Assembly: GCA_017882545.1 (NCBI GenBank)
Contig: JADGPG010000055.1
Coordinates: forward strand, 860 to 64,859
Direction of reading: 5' to 3'
From: Thermoleophilia bacterium
Lineage (GTDB): Bacteria; Actinomycetota; Thermoleophilia; Miltoncostaeales; Miltoncostaeaceae
Length of the DNA stretch: 64,000 nucleotides
In this document: positions 15,656 to 24,746 of the stretch, piece by piece
Numbering within the stretch: position 1 is the stretch's first letter
Layout of the letters: every line of letters starts with the position of its first letter
Program-made: the position numbers and the translations under genes
The notes under the pieces: model-generated
Databases searched by the model: none
Told to the model about the DNA's origin: nothing
Seen by the model: only the letters and a program-made list of their open reading frames with translations

Positions 15656-16650
15656 GGGCGGTCATTGCACGTACGCCCGGTGGACCGGACGTACTCGAAC
15701 TTGTCAATCTGCCGGACCCGGTGGCGGGACCGGGCGAGGTGGTCTTGCGGATACGTGCGAGTGCCGTAAATCGCGCAGACATCCTGCAGCGCCAGGGGCG
15801 TTATCCGATGCCCCCCGGCGCGGGGCCCATCCTCGGTCTTGAGGCGGCGGGAATCGTGGAAGCGATCGGACCGGGTGTCGCAGGTTGGGCCCCGGGAGAC
15901 CGCGCGATGGCCCTGCTGAGCGCCGGGGGCTACGCCGAACTTGCCGCGATTCCGGCCGGGCAGTTGATGAGGATCCCCGACTCGCTCGACTGGATCACGG
16001 CCGCGGCGGTGCCCGAAGCGTTCCTGACGGCCTGGCAGGCACTGGGGCGCCAAACGCCGGCAGGAATCGACGACTGGGTGGTCGTTCACGCGGCGGCAAG
16101 CGGGGTGGGCCTGGCGGCGCTGCAGATTGCCCGTGAATTGGGGGCCCGGACGATCGCGACGACGCGATCGTCCGACAAAGCGGAGCGGATCGAAGCGCAT
16201 TGCGATCACGTCGTCGTACCGAGCAACGGAGAATTCGCGGACGAGGTCCTCGATCTCACCGGCGATCACGGTGCCGACGTCATCATCGATCTTGTCGGTG
16301 CCGCGTACTGGGCCGAGAACGTCCGCAGCCTCGCGCTTGACGGCGGAATCGCGGTGATCGGCCTCCTGGGCGGCACGCGGACCGATCTTGACCTCGGGGC
16401 GTTGATGGCGCGCCGGGCGACGATCGTAACGTCCACCTTGCGCGCCCGCAGCATTGCCCAGAAGCGGGAGCTGGTCGCAAGCTTCGCCGCCTGGGGCCTT
16501 CCCCGTTTGGCGGACCGCCGGCTGCGGCCCGTCGTCGACGATTTCATCCCGCTCGCCCGGGTTGCCGATGCGCACCGCGCGGTCGAGTCCAATACGACGG
16601 TCGGAAAGGTGGTGCTCGCGCTTTCCGAGGACGGCCTTGTTGACCGGTGA
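15652..16650 (+). CDS. NAD(P)H:quinone oxidoreductase (zeta-crystallin/PIG3-type MDR)
   Basis: 332 aa. VNRADILQRQGRYP, AASGVGLAALQIA Rossmann. ATGA overlap with the upstream gene. Confidence 0.85.
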   Translation: MRAVIARTPGGPDVLELVNLPDPVAGPGEVVLRIRASAVNRADILQRQGRYPMPPGAGPILGLEAAGIVEAIGPGVAGWAPGDRAMALLSAGGYAELAAIPAGQLMRIPDSLDWITAAAVPEAFLTAWQALGRQTPAGIDDWVVVHAAASGVGLAALQIARELGARTIATTRSSDKAERIEAHCDHVVVPSNGEFADEVLDLTGDHGADVIIDLVGAAYWAENVRSLALDGGIAVIGLLGGTRTDLDLGALMARRATIVTSTLRARSIAQKRELVASFAAWGLPRLADRRLRPVVDDFIPLARVADAHRAVESNTTVGKVVLALSEDGLVDR

Positions 16651-16722
16651 CCGAAAGGCCGCCGCCCGCCGACGTATCCGCTACGGTGGTGAGGTTCACC
16701 CACGTTGCGAGAAAGGGACCAG

Positions 16723-16875
16723 ATGAAGAAGCTTCTGGTGCTGATCGGCGTCGCCCTGCTGGCCTACTGGCTCCTCAAGGACCGCCTTGGCAGCGAACCC
16801 GACGAATTTGTGTTCACCGAGGCTCCGGTCACCGAGTCGATGAGCACGGACCAGCCAGCCGGCAACACGCTCTAA
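16723..16875 (+). CDS. small (50 aa) single-pass membrane/secreted peptide
   Basis: Below the track cutoff. AAGGGA before ATG 16723. MKKLLVLIGVALLAYWLLKDRLGSEPDEFVFTEAPVTESMSTDQPAGNTL*. Confidence 0.35.
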   Translation: MKKLLVLIGVALLAYWLLKDRLGSEPDEFVFTEAPVTESMSTDQPAGNTL

Positions 16876-16897
16876 CCGCCGTCACCGCGCCTCCTGG

Positions 16898-17398
16898 ATG
16901 AGCCTGCAACTTGCACCCGCTCTCCGGGAGGTGCTCGACGCCACCGATCCCGACCTGCGTGCGGCTGCCCAGGCGATCGGCATCGCCGTCGCCGCGCAAC
17001 TGGAGCCGCTCCGTCCGGCGCTGACACGCGCCGGCGGGCATCCGGCCTCCGTCCCAGTGGAGATCGTCTCCCTCGACCTCATCCCCGAGGATCCGCCGGA
17101 CGGACTCACGCTGGTCGCATGCGAAGCGGCTCACCAGACGTACGTGCGCGGCCGGGGCGCCCCGGCCGCGACCAGCCTCGGCGCCTTGGCGATCGCGCGA
17201 TTGCTGGTGTGGGCTCAGCGCGCGGCAATTCTCGGGCGGCCGCCAACGATTCTCTGGATTGGTCCGGTCCAGCGCCGCCCTGAAGGATTGGAGGGCATCG
17301 AGATCCACAGCGCCTGTTCAGGGCTCGTCACCGGGGTCAAGCGGACCGCCAAGGCGGTTGCTGTAATTCAGCGTCCCGACCCGGAGCCCGGCAGCTAG
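16898..17398 (+). CDS. hypothetical protein
   Basis: 166 aa. High GC3 in this frame and a more protein-like composition than the antisense ORF. Converges on dnaG with a 4-nt overlap. Confidence 0.45.
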   Translation: MSLQLAPALREVLDATDPDLRAAAQAIGIAVAAQLEPLRPALTRAGGHPASVPVEIVSLDLIPEDPPDGLTLVACEAAHQTYVRGRGAPAATSLGALAIARLLVWAQRAAILGRPPTILWIGPVQRRPEGLEGIEIHSACSGLVTGVKRTAKAVAVIQRPDPEPGS

Positions 17399-19125
17399 TC
17401 CGTCGGCCCTCGCAGTGCGGCCCGCACGCGCTGTACTAGTTCGATCATGCGGAGTGCGGCCTCGGTGTCGCCGGCGTCGCGGAGCGCCTGGACCCGGCGT
17501 TCCAGCGCAGGGAGTTGCACGCGGTACACGACCTCCCGCAACTGCTCTTCGGTCGCCGCGTCCGCAGCGGGATCCGCCTGGAGTGCAGCGGCGATCGCCT
17601 GGAGTTCGTCCGGCCATTCGGCGGTCGCCACCCCGTCGCGCAGGAGTGCGGCGGCGGCGCCGTGCCCGGGATCGGTCATCGCCTCATCGGGGAGATTCGT
17701 AAGATATTTGCGAGCCACATCCGGCAGGGCTGCCGCGAGGACCAACAGGCGCCGTTCGCGTTCCCACGCGGCGCCGAGCGAGGGCATCTCAGGGGTGGCC
17801 GGCGACGGTTGGCCGGCGGTGGTGCCGTGGCGCACTACGCCGCGAAGATGCTCCTCCATGCCGGACGACAGCTGGAGCACGCTGATGGCGAACCGAATGC
17901 CGTCGTCCTTCTCGACGGACTCGGGGAGCATGCGCAGCAGCTCGGAAATGTCACGAAGTGCCTCCTCGCGCTCGGCCGCCGAGGGCCCCGCCCGACGCGC
18001 CCGGGATTCGATCAGGTAGCTGGCCAGGGGCCGGTGCGCACCGATGACCTCGCGAAGGCGGTCGAGATCATCGCCTTGGGCGAGGTCGCCGGGGTCGGAT
18101 CCCGTTGGCAGGACGACCGCTTCGAGGTCGGTCAGATGCGCTCCGGCCGCCTGGGCCGTGCGCCAGGCGGCGCGTTGGCCGGCGGCATCCCCGTCGAAGC
18201 ACAGCCGGATCCGCGGGGCCGCCCGTCGCAGCTCTTGGACCTGCTCTGGGGTCAGTGAGGTCCCCATGCAGGCGACCGCCTGTGGAATGCCGGCCTTCGC
18301 GAGCGCCATCACGTCGGTATACCCCTCGACGACAACGATCCACCCCGCCGTCGCTGCGGCCTGCCGGGCCTGTGCGAGGCCGAACAGGAGTCGTCGCTTG
18401 GAGAAGCGTGGCCCTTCGGGCGAGTTCACGTACTTCGCGCGCTCGTTGGGATCCAGAGTGCGTGCGCCAAACCCGAGGACACGCCCCCGCAGGTCCGTGA
18501 TCGGAAACGTGATGCGCCCGACGAAGAAGTCGGTCGAACGATTGCCGCGCACGCGCCCCAATCCCGCATCGGCCAGTTCGTGCGCCGAATATCCCTGTTT
18601 GAGGGCGCGCGCGGCGAGGACGCTCCCGCCGCGCGGCGCGAAGCCGACGCGAAAGCCGCGCAGCAACTGTTCGTCGAATCCGCGCGCTTCCAGGTACTCG
18701 CGCGCCGACGCCGCTTCGTCAGCCCGCCACAGAAACGCGGCGTAAAAGGTCGCCGCACGGTCGAGCAATTCGAGCCGACGCTGATCGGCCCGTCGCCGAC
18801 GCTCCTCCTCGGGGGATGCCTGCTCATAGCGGACCGTGATGCCAAAGCGCTCGGCCAGCGCCTCGACGGCGTCGGGGAACGTCGCCGCGCCCTCCTTCTC
18901 CATCATCCACCGCACCGCGTCCCCGGTCGCACCGCAGCCGTGGCAGTAGTAGCGGCGATTGTCCGGCGGAATCAGACCGAATGACGGCGTGCGCTCGTCG
19001 TGAAACGGGCAACGCCCCACCCACCGGTTTCCGCGTTTGACGAGATTCACGCGGCCGCGGATGAGTTCAACCAGGTCCGCGTGGTCCAGGATCTCGCTGA
19101 CGCTGTCGGGCGCGATCAGCGGCAT
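17395..19125 (-). CDS. dnaG: DNA primase
   Basis: 576 aa. Zn-finger CPFHDERTPSF...CHGCG and TOPRIM VVVEGYTDVMAL. Confidence 0.95.
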   Translation of the reverse strand: MPLIAPDSVSEILDHADLVELIRGRVNLVKRGNRWVGRCPFHDERTPSFGLIPPDNRRYYCHGCGATGDAVRWMMEKEGAATFPDAVEALAERFGITVRYEQASPEEERRRRADQRRLELLDRAATFYAAFLWRADEAASAREYLEARGFDEQLLRGFRVGFAPRGGSVLAARALKQGYSAHELADAGLGRVRGNRSTDFFVGRITFPITDLRGRVLGFGARTLDPNERAKYVNSPEGPRFSKRRLLFGLAQARQAAATAGWIVVVEGYTDVMALAKAGIPQAVACMGTSLTPEQVQELRRAAPRIRLCFDGDAAGQRAAWRTAQAAGAHLTDLEAVVLPTGSDPGDLAQGDDLDRLREVIGAHRPLASYLIESRARRAGPSAAEREEALRDISELLRMLPESVEKDDGIRFAISVLQLSSGMEEHLRGVVRHGTTAGQPSPATPEMPSLGAAWERERRLLVLAAALPDVARKYLTNLPDEAMTDPGHGAAAALLRDGVATAEWPDELQAIAAALQADPAADAATEEQLREVVYRVQLPALERRVQALRDAGDTEAALRMIELVQRVRAALRGPTD

Positions 19126-19136
19126 GGATCACCCAC

Positions 19137-20120
19137 CTACATCGGTCCCTCGCGGGGCATGAAGCACAGTCGGAACTCCCGAAGGGCGTATCGGTCGGTC
19201 ATGCCCGACACGTAGTCGGTGACGCGCTGCACCACGTCCGGGTCGTCGGATTCGGGCAACGCCTCCGGATGGTCCGAGTACCACTCGAACAACCGCTGTA
19301 CCACTCCCCGCGCCCGCTGGGATTCGACGCTCGCCGGGGGGGCGAGATAGACGCGGGCGAACATGAACTTGCGCAACCGCAGAAAGGACTGCCCGACGTC
19401 CGCGGATTGGCGGATCCGGTCGCCGTCGCGGCTATGGTCGACAATGTCACCGACCAGGCGGGTCAGCCGCTCTGATGTGGTCGCGCCGAGAACTTCGACC
19501 TCCGCGGGTGGGAGGTCCTGCTGAGTGATCACGCCCGCACGGATGGCATCTTCGATGTCGTGGTTCACATAGGCGATGCGATCGACCAGGCGGACGATCT
19601 GCCCTTCCAGGGTCGCGGGTGTCCCGGACCCCGTGTGGTGCAGGATCCCGTTCCGGACCTCGTCGGTCAGGTTCAACCCGCGCCCGTCACGTTCGAGCAC
19701 ATCGACGACCCGCAGGCTCTGTTCGTTGTGGTGAAACCGACGCCCAAACCCCTCCTGGAGGAGATCGTCAAGCGCATGCTCGCCCGCATGGCCGAACGGT
19801 GCGTGGCCAAGGTCGTGCCCCATCGCGATCGCTTCGACCAGATCCTCGTTCAGCCGAAGCGCGCGCGCGACGGTCCGGGCCAACGCGGAGACCTCAAGGG
19901 TATGCGTCAGCCGCGTCCGATAGTGGTCGCCCTCGGGTGTGACGAACACCTGGGTCTTGTGCTTGAGGCGCCGAAACGCCTTCGTATGGAGGATGCGATC
20001 GCGATCGCGTTGGAACGCGGTCCGATACTGGCACGGCGCTTCGGGCGCCGCGCGCACGGCGGAGGCCGCACGGGCCGCCCGGGGATCGAGCCAGGTCTCG
20101 CTGCCGAGCTCGCCGGTCAT
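19137..20120 (-). CDS. dgt: dGTPase-like HD-domain deoxynucleoside triphosphate triphosphohydrolase
   Basis: Start moved to ATG 20120 (MTGELGSETW...), which forms an ATGA overlap with the upstream ORF stop. RTAFQRDRDRILH, RLTHTLEVS, GHDLGHAPFGHAGE. Confidence 0.9.
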   Translation of the reverse strand: MTGELGSETWLDPRAARAASAVRAAPEAPCQYRTAFQRDRDRILHTKAFRRLKHKTQVFVTPEGDHYRTRLTHTLEVSALARTVARALRLNEDLVEAIAMGHDLGHAPFGHAGEHALDDLLQEGFGRRFHHNEQSLRVVDVLERDGRGLNLTDEVRNGILHHTGSGTPATLEGQIVRLVDRIAYVNHDIEDAIRAGVITQQDLPPAEVEVLGATTSERLTRLVGDIVDHSRDGDRIRQSADVGQSFLRLRKFMFARVYLAPPASVESQRARGVVQRLFEWYSDHPEALPESDDPDVVQRVTDYVSGMTDRYALREFRLCFMPREGPM

Positions 20121-20980
20121 GACGTCGGGTCGAGCCCGATCGGAAACACCCACGGGCCCGGGTGCGGCTGTCCGTTGGTGCTCGGACCGAGATTGCCGAT
20201 CGTGATGGTCAGCGTTCGGGCGTCGTGCGGGATCGCCGGCACCAGCCCAAGGGCGCCCTCGATCCGATTCCCGCGCTGGTGCTGGGCCAACGAGGCGACC
20301 CGGTAGAGCCGCGCGCAATCGTCGACGGCGATCGCGTCAAGTGCGCCGGCCTGCTCCCGGAAGCGCCGCCCGGGCGCGTGGCAGAGATAGTGCGCGCGAG
20401 CGCCGTGGGCGAACCGCTCCAGGCTGGTGATTGCGACGGTCACCCCGTCGATCGCCTGTGACTGGTTCACGCAGACGACCCCGCGCAGACCGCCCGGCGA
20501 GAGGTCAAGCTCGCCGGGGAACGCTGCCGGGATGGCTCCCCACTCTTCGGCCGGAACCGGCGGCGTGTCCGGCGCGGGCATCGCGCGGTCGATGTGTGCG
20601 CCGGACCGGTGCTTCCAGACATTCGGGTGATCGCGAAACAGTGCAATCAGGCTGGTGTGCGACAGGCTTCGCCCGTCGTCCATGATCACGATCCAGGCCG
20701 CCTGGTCGGACCGCTCGAGCGCGAGAAATGCGGCCGGCGAAACCGGCCCCCCGGGGACGTCGCAATGGTCGGCGTACCGCAGGTGGGCGATCTGCCAACC
20801 GTCCAGCAGCATCTCGATCAGATCGACCAGGCTGCCGAGCTCATACGGGGTGCTGTCGAGGTCGATCGGTCGTCCCTTGTCGCATCCGCTCTCGTGACGA
20901 TCGTACACCGCCCGCCGTGCCGTCCGCAGTGACCGATCCCCGCAGCACAGGGACGGAGACCCGGATACGATGGCGCCCAT
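20117..20980 (-). CDS. hypothetical protein, translationally coupled to dgt
   Basis: The coding-looking frame ends ...TLTITIGNLGPSTNGQPHPGPWVFPIGLDPTS*. The start is uncertain: ATG 20980 overlaps the divergent cbiX start, and GTG 20908 is an alternative. The first 55 codons of the track ORF are antisense to cbiX. Confidence 0.55.
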   Translation of the reverse strand: MGAIVSGSPSLCCGDRSLRTARRAVYDRHESGCDKGRPIDLDSTPYELGSLVDLIEMLLDGWQIAHLRYADHCDVPGGPVSPAAFLALERSDQAAWIVIMDDGRSLSHTSLIALFRDHPNVWKHRSGAHIDRAMPAPDTPPVPAEEWGAIPAAFPGELDLSPGGLRGVVCVNQSQAIDGVTVAITSLERFAHGARAHYLCHAPGRRFREQAGALDAIAVDDCARLYRVASLAQHQRGNRIEGALGLVPAIPHDARTLTITIGNLGPSTNGQPHPGPWVFPIGLDPTS

Positions 20981-21467
20981 GACCCCGTCCGACACTCCGC
21001 GCATCGGACTGATCGTCGTCGACCATGGATCCCGTCGCTCGGAGTCCAACGAGATGCTCGAAGTCATGGCCGACATGGTCGCCGCGACGGTGCCGTACGA
21101 CATCGTCGAGCCGGCCCACATGGAGCTGGCCGAGCCCTCGATCACGACAGCCTTCGACCGCTGCGTGGCCCGTGGTGCCCAGCTGGTCGTCGTCAGCCCG
21201 TATTTCCTCCTGCCCGGACGTCACTGGGATCAGGACATCCCCGCTCTTACGGCGGAGGCCGCCGAGCGCCACCGCGGGGTGCCGTTCCTCGTCGCGGCCC
21301 CGCTCGGGCTCCACCCTCTGATGGCCCGCGTCGTCGAATCCCGGGTGGCGCACTGCCTGGCACACGTCGCCGGCCAGGCCGACGAGTGCGAGGTCTGCGC
21401 AGGAACCGGACGTTGCGCGCTGCGACATGCGCCGCAGCCGAGCGAGCTCAAAGGCACGACTCCCTAA
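20970..21467 (+). CDS. cbiX: CbiX/SirB-type sirohydrochlorin chelatase (short form) with Cys-rich tail
   Basis: 165 aa. IGLIVVDHGSRRSESN, VVVSPYFLLPGRHW, C-terminal C..H......ECEVC....RC. Alternative start at ATG 20979. Confidence 0.75.
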   Translation: MAPMTPSDTPRIGLIVVDHGSRRSESNEMLEVMADMVAATVPYDIVEPAHMELAEPSITTAFDRCVARGAQLVVVSPYFLLPGRHWDQDIPALTAEAAERHRGVPFLVAAPLGLHPLMARVVESRVAHCLAHVAGQADECEVCAGTGRCALRHAPQPSELKGTTP

Positions 21468-21536
21468 CTGCACCGGGGCATGGTCGGCGCGGCACGTGTG
21501 TCGGCGCCGGGAGGCGCGGTGCCCGATACGGGCCGC

Positions 21537-22148
21537 CTAGCGGTGTCCGATACCGGCGAGTCCCAGGGCCCAGCGCGGCATCGCGCGGCGTGACGAGCGG
21601 ATCGCGTCGCTGAGCTGATGCGCGGTGGTGGGTCCGTGGACGCCCGGCCCATGGCCAAACAGGACGTGGTCGCAACCGATCCCCGCCAGGCGACGCGGTG
21701 GCACGAACACCCGCAGCAGCGGATGCGGACCGACCGCGTCGCCGGGGGCGCAGAAGTACGGTGCTCCGCCGACGGCTTCCGCGACGCTCAGGACACCCAC
21801 GTCGGCAAACCACAGCGCGATCTCATGCCAACGCGGGATCCGCGATTCCACGACGGAAATCACCTCGAACGGTGCTCCGTCGGGAGCCCGTGTCGGAAGC
21901 ACATACAGGGGGACCCCGAGCTCCTCGGCGACCCGCGCGCAGTCGCGCGGATGTCGGTCCAATTGCTGGACCACCCCCGCCGGGGTGCCGAGCTCCCGGA
22001 TGCGGTCGAGCATCACGGCGTCGAAGACGGCATCGACGACCCACACCTGGCCGTCGACGGCAATCGCGTGCGATGCCCGCTGCACGAACGCCGGCGTCGG
22101 GGCAATCCAGCCAAACGCGATCCCGGGGATCTCGTCGATGGGGTTCAT
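21537..22148 (-). CDS. metallo-beta-lactamase-fold-like protein with degenerate metal motif
   Basis: 203 aa from ATG 22148 (MNPIDEIPGIAFGW...). ...VWVVDAV...AGVVQQLDRHPRDC sits where HxHxDH would be. Confidence 0.5.
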   Translation of the reverse strand: MNPIDEIPGIAFGWIAPTPAFVQRASHAIAVDGQVWVVDAVFDAVMLDRIRELGTPAGVVQQLDRHPRDCARVAEELGVPLYVLPTRAPDGAPFEVISVVESRIPRWHEIALWFADVGVLSVAEAVGGAPYFCAPGDAVGPHPLLRVFVPPRRLAGIGCDHVLFGHGPGVHGPTTAHQLSDAIRSSRRAMPRWALGLAGIGHR

Positions 22149-22177
22149 GGCGTCGTCGGGCGACACGGACGGATCGC

Positions 22178-22885
22178 TCACGCTACGGGAGCCGAACCGT
22201 CGCCGGGCGTCAATGCCTCGCCCAACGCGATACAGAGCACCTGGATATACGACCAGATGCCCGCCGCCTCCAGGATCCGGATGATGTCCGGCTCCGGCGG
22301 GGCGGCGGTGGTGCGTGCCTGTTCCAGGACGCCTTCCATGGGACTCCCCGACCACGCCTCGAACGCCGTCTTCTCGACCGTCCTGCGGTGTGCACCCTCG
22401 TTGCGCATGATCGCGGTGATCTGACGCCCGAACTCCGGCCCCGACCGACCGTTGGGCTCGGCAATCTCGCCGACGCCCTCGGCAAACAGGCGGACGTAGG
22501 CACCAAGTGTCACGCGCCGCTGATCCGCATCGGCGTCTCCCGAGATGCCTTCGCGCTCGAGTGCCGCCGACTCCTCGAGCTCCAGGGCCTCGAGGCGGTC
22601 ACCGCCGCGGGCGACATGGATTTCGAGGGCACTCTGGAGACCGGAGGGTGCGGAGTCCCACTCGGCCTGGAGCGCGGCCGCAAGATGGCGCAGCCATGCT
22701 CGGGCGCCAACTGCCCGGATGCGTTCGAGGCGGGCGGCGCGGTCCGGCAGTGTGCCGCCCTCGGCGAGAAGAAATTCCTGGTGCAGCGCCCGGGAGCTCT
22801 CGTGGGCCATGATGGCGTCGAGGGCGGCGCGATCTTCACCCAAATAGGTGACAAGACGCTGGGCGAGCGGCTCGGCTGTGGTCAT
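22178..22885 (-). CDS. hypothetical helical protein
   Basis: 235 aa with good GC3 and a helix-rich acidic composition. No family recognised. Confidence 0.55.
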   Translation of the reverse strand: MTTAEPLAQRLVTYLGEDRAALDAIMAHESSRALHQEFLLAEGGTLPDRAARLERIRAVGARAWLRHLAAALQAEWDSAPSGLQSALEIHVARGGDRLEALELEESAALEREGISGDADADQRRVTLGAYVRLFAEGVGEIAEPNGRSGPEFGRQITAIMRNEGAHRRTVEKTAFEAWSGSPMEGVLEQARTTAAPPEPDIIRILEAAGIWSYIQVLCIALGEALTPGDGSAPVA

Positions 22886-23089
22886 GTCGGAACACTACTG
22901 CGCCGATGCAGAACGCATGGCGACAACCGCCAGGACGCCGCTGGACACGTCCGCAAGGTTCGCGCCCGTAGGTGTCGAATCTCGCGTTGTGGCCAAGATT
23001 CCGTTCACAGATGCCCAAACCGGGCGTTCCCGTCGACGCACCGCCTATTCTATGACGAGTCCCCCCTCCGGCCCGCCGGCCCCGCGCCC

Positions 23090-24718
23090 ATGGATGTGCA
23101 CGTGACCGACCCGACCCCCACTCCGCCCCCAGAAAATTCCGCCTCGTCCCCACGCCGTCGGCGCAGATGGCCGTACGTCGCCGGCGCCGGGGTTCTGGTG
23201 GTCGCGCTGGCCGCCGGTGGGGTCCTGTTTGTGGAATCACAGGTGTCGGTCGATGGTGGAGCCCAGGCACTGGCGGGTGTCAACCTGCCGCCGGGTGCGA
23301 CCCTCGCGTCGATCACCGCCGTCGACGCACGCGGCAACCCGCTTGCACTCACGCGTCGTGGCGCATCGATTACCCCGGTGCATCCGCTTGCGCCCGGAAC
23401 CCCGATTAGGGTCCAGGCGACCGTGCAGTACGCGGCCCCTGCGAGCTGGGTGTTCGGAGCCTCGAAGACCGTGGCAGCGACCATCATCACGCCGCAGGCG
23501 ACCGTGGTCAGCCCCGCGGTCCAGACCGTGCCCTCGGGCCAGGCGGTCCTCGTCAGTTTCGACACGCCGGTCGCACGTACCGCGGTGACATCGGGCGGCA
23601 TTCAGACCACGGCGGTGCACACCCACGGTGTCGCCGCCATTCACGTCCCCCACGCGGCCACGAACGGAACCGCGCAGATTGCGGCCGTACCGCGTGCCTG
23701 GGAGATCCTCCCAGCGGCGGTGCAGGTCGCGTGGTTTGCACCCGCCGCGAAGACGCAGGTGCTGGGATCACCCAACTCCGTGGCCCCGATCACGCCATAT
23801 ACGCCCCTGGTGTTGACCTATTCGCGGCCAATCGCGCAGGTGCCCGGCGCGTTGCATCCCCACCTGACTCCGCACGTTGCCGGCCGTTGGCACGCGATCA
23901 ACGCACATGCCGTCGCCTTTACGCCGTCCGGGTCGGGCTTTGCCCCCGACAGCCACGTGACGGCCACGCTGCCTGCCGGAACCGAGCTCGCCGGAGCCCC
24001 CACCAGACAGATCACGTGGTCTGTCGCACAGCCGTCGCCGCTGCGGGCCCAGCAGCTGCTTGCCGAGCTCGGGTATCTGCCCGTCGCGTTCACCGAAAGC
24101 ACGCCCGTCGCCAGCACCCAGCAGGCACAGGTGGAAGCGGTGTTCGCGCCGCCCTCGGGCCGGTACACATGGCGGTGGGCCTCCACGCCGCAGCTGCTCC
24201 GGACCACGTGGACCACCAATCCCGCTGTGGCGGTCCGGGGTGCACTGATGGCCTTCGAGGACCAGCACGGGATGAACACCGACGGCACCCTCGGTCCGCG
24301 GACCTGGCAGTCGCTGATCCAGGCGACGCTCGCCCACCAGCGCAACACCTTCGGTTACACGTTCGTAACCGTCAACAAGAACCTTCCGCAGCGTCTCTCA
24401 CTGTGGCACAACGGCAAGGTCCTGATGACCCCGCTGGTCAACACCGGCATCGCCGCCGCCCCGACGGCATCGGGGGTCTACCCGGTGTTCCTGCGCGAGA
24501 AGTCCGGAACGATGAGTGGGACCAATCCCGACGGGACCAAGTACCACGACCCGGGCATTCCGTGGATCAGCTACTTCCACGGCGGCGACGCGTTGCACGG
24601 CTTCATCCGCGGCTCGTACGGATACCCGCAGAGCCTCGGGTGTGTGGAGATGCCGTACGCGACCGCGGGTGCCGTATGGCCGTGGACGCCGCTGGGCACG
24701 CTCGTCGACGTCGAATGA
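23090..24718 (+). CDS. L,D-transpeptidase (YkuD domain) with N-terminal membrane anchor and peptidoglycan-binding repeat
   Basis: 542 aa from ATG 23090 (MDVHVTDP...RRRRWPYVAGAGVLVVALAAGGVLF). PG-binding-like GALMAFEDQHGMNTDGTLGPRTWQSL. Catalytic ...FHGGDALHGF...SLGCVEMP. The upstream 464 codons of the 1006-aa track ORF are an antisense artefact. Confidence 0.85.
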   Translation: MDVHVTDPTPTPPPENSASSPRRRRRWPYVAGAGVLVVALAAGGVLFVESQVSVDGGAQALAGVNLPPGATLASITAVDARGNPLALTRRGASITPVHPLAPGTPIRVQATVQYAAPASWVFGASKTVAATIITPQATVVSPAVQTVPSGQAVLVSFDTPVARTAVTSGGIQTTAVHTHGVAAIHVPHAATNGTAQIAAVPRAWEILPAAVQVAWFAPAAKTQVLGSPNSVAPITPYTPLVLTYSRPIAQVPGALHPHLTPHVAGRWHAINAHAVAFTPSGSGFAPDSHVTATLPAGTELAGAPTRQITWSVAQPSPLRAQQLLAELGYLPVAFTESTPVASTQQAQVEAVFAPPSGRYTWRWASTPQLLRTTWTTNPAVAVRGALMAFEDQHGMNTDGTLGPRTWQSLIQATLAHQRNTFGYTFVTVNKNLPQRLSLWHNGKVLMTPLVNTGIAAAPTASGVYPVFLREKSGTMSGTNPDGTKYHDPGIPWISYFHGGDALHGFIRGSYGYPQSLGCVEMPYATAGAVWPWTPLGTLVDVE

Positions 24719-24746
24719 TGCTCCCCCTTCCCCACATCCCCGCGCC

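Noticed and set aside
19137-20318. Full 393-aa version of the dgt ORF
   Set aside because: The first 66 codons are Arg/Pro-rich and overlap the 3' end of the upstream gene. ATG 20120 gives a canonical-length protein and an ATGA coupling junction.
21698-23089. Upstream 464 codons of the 1006-aa ORF 21698-24718
   Set aside because: The composition is Arg/Pro/Gly-rich and it is antisense to two well-supported minus-strand genes (21537-22148, 22178-22885). The real L,D-transpeptidase starts at ATG 23090 with a membrane anchor.
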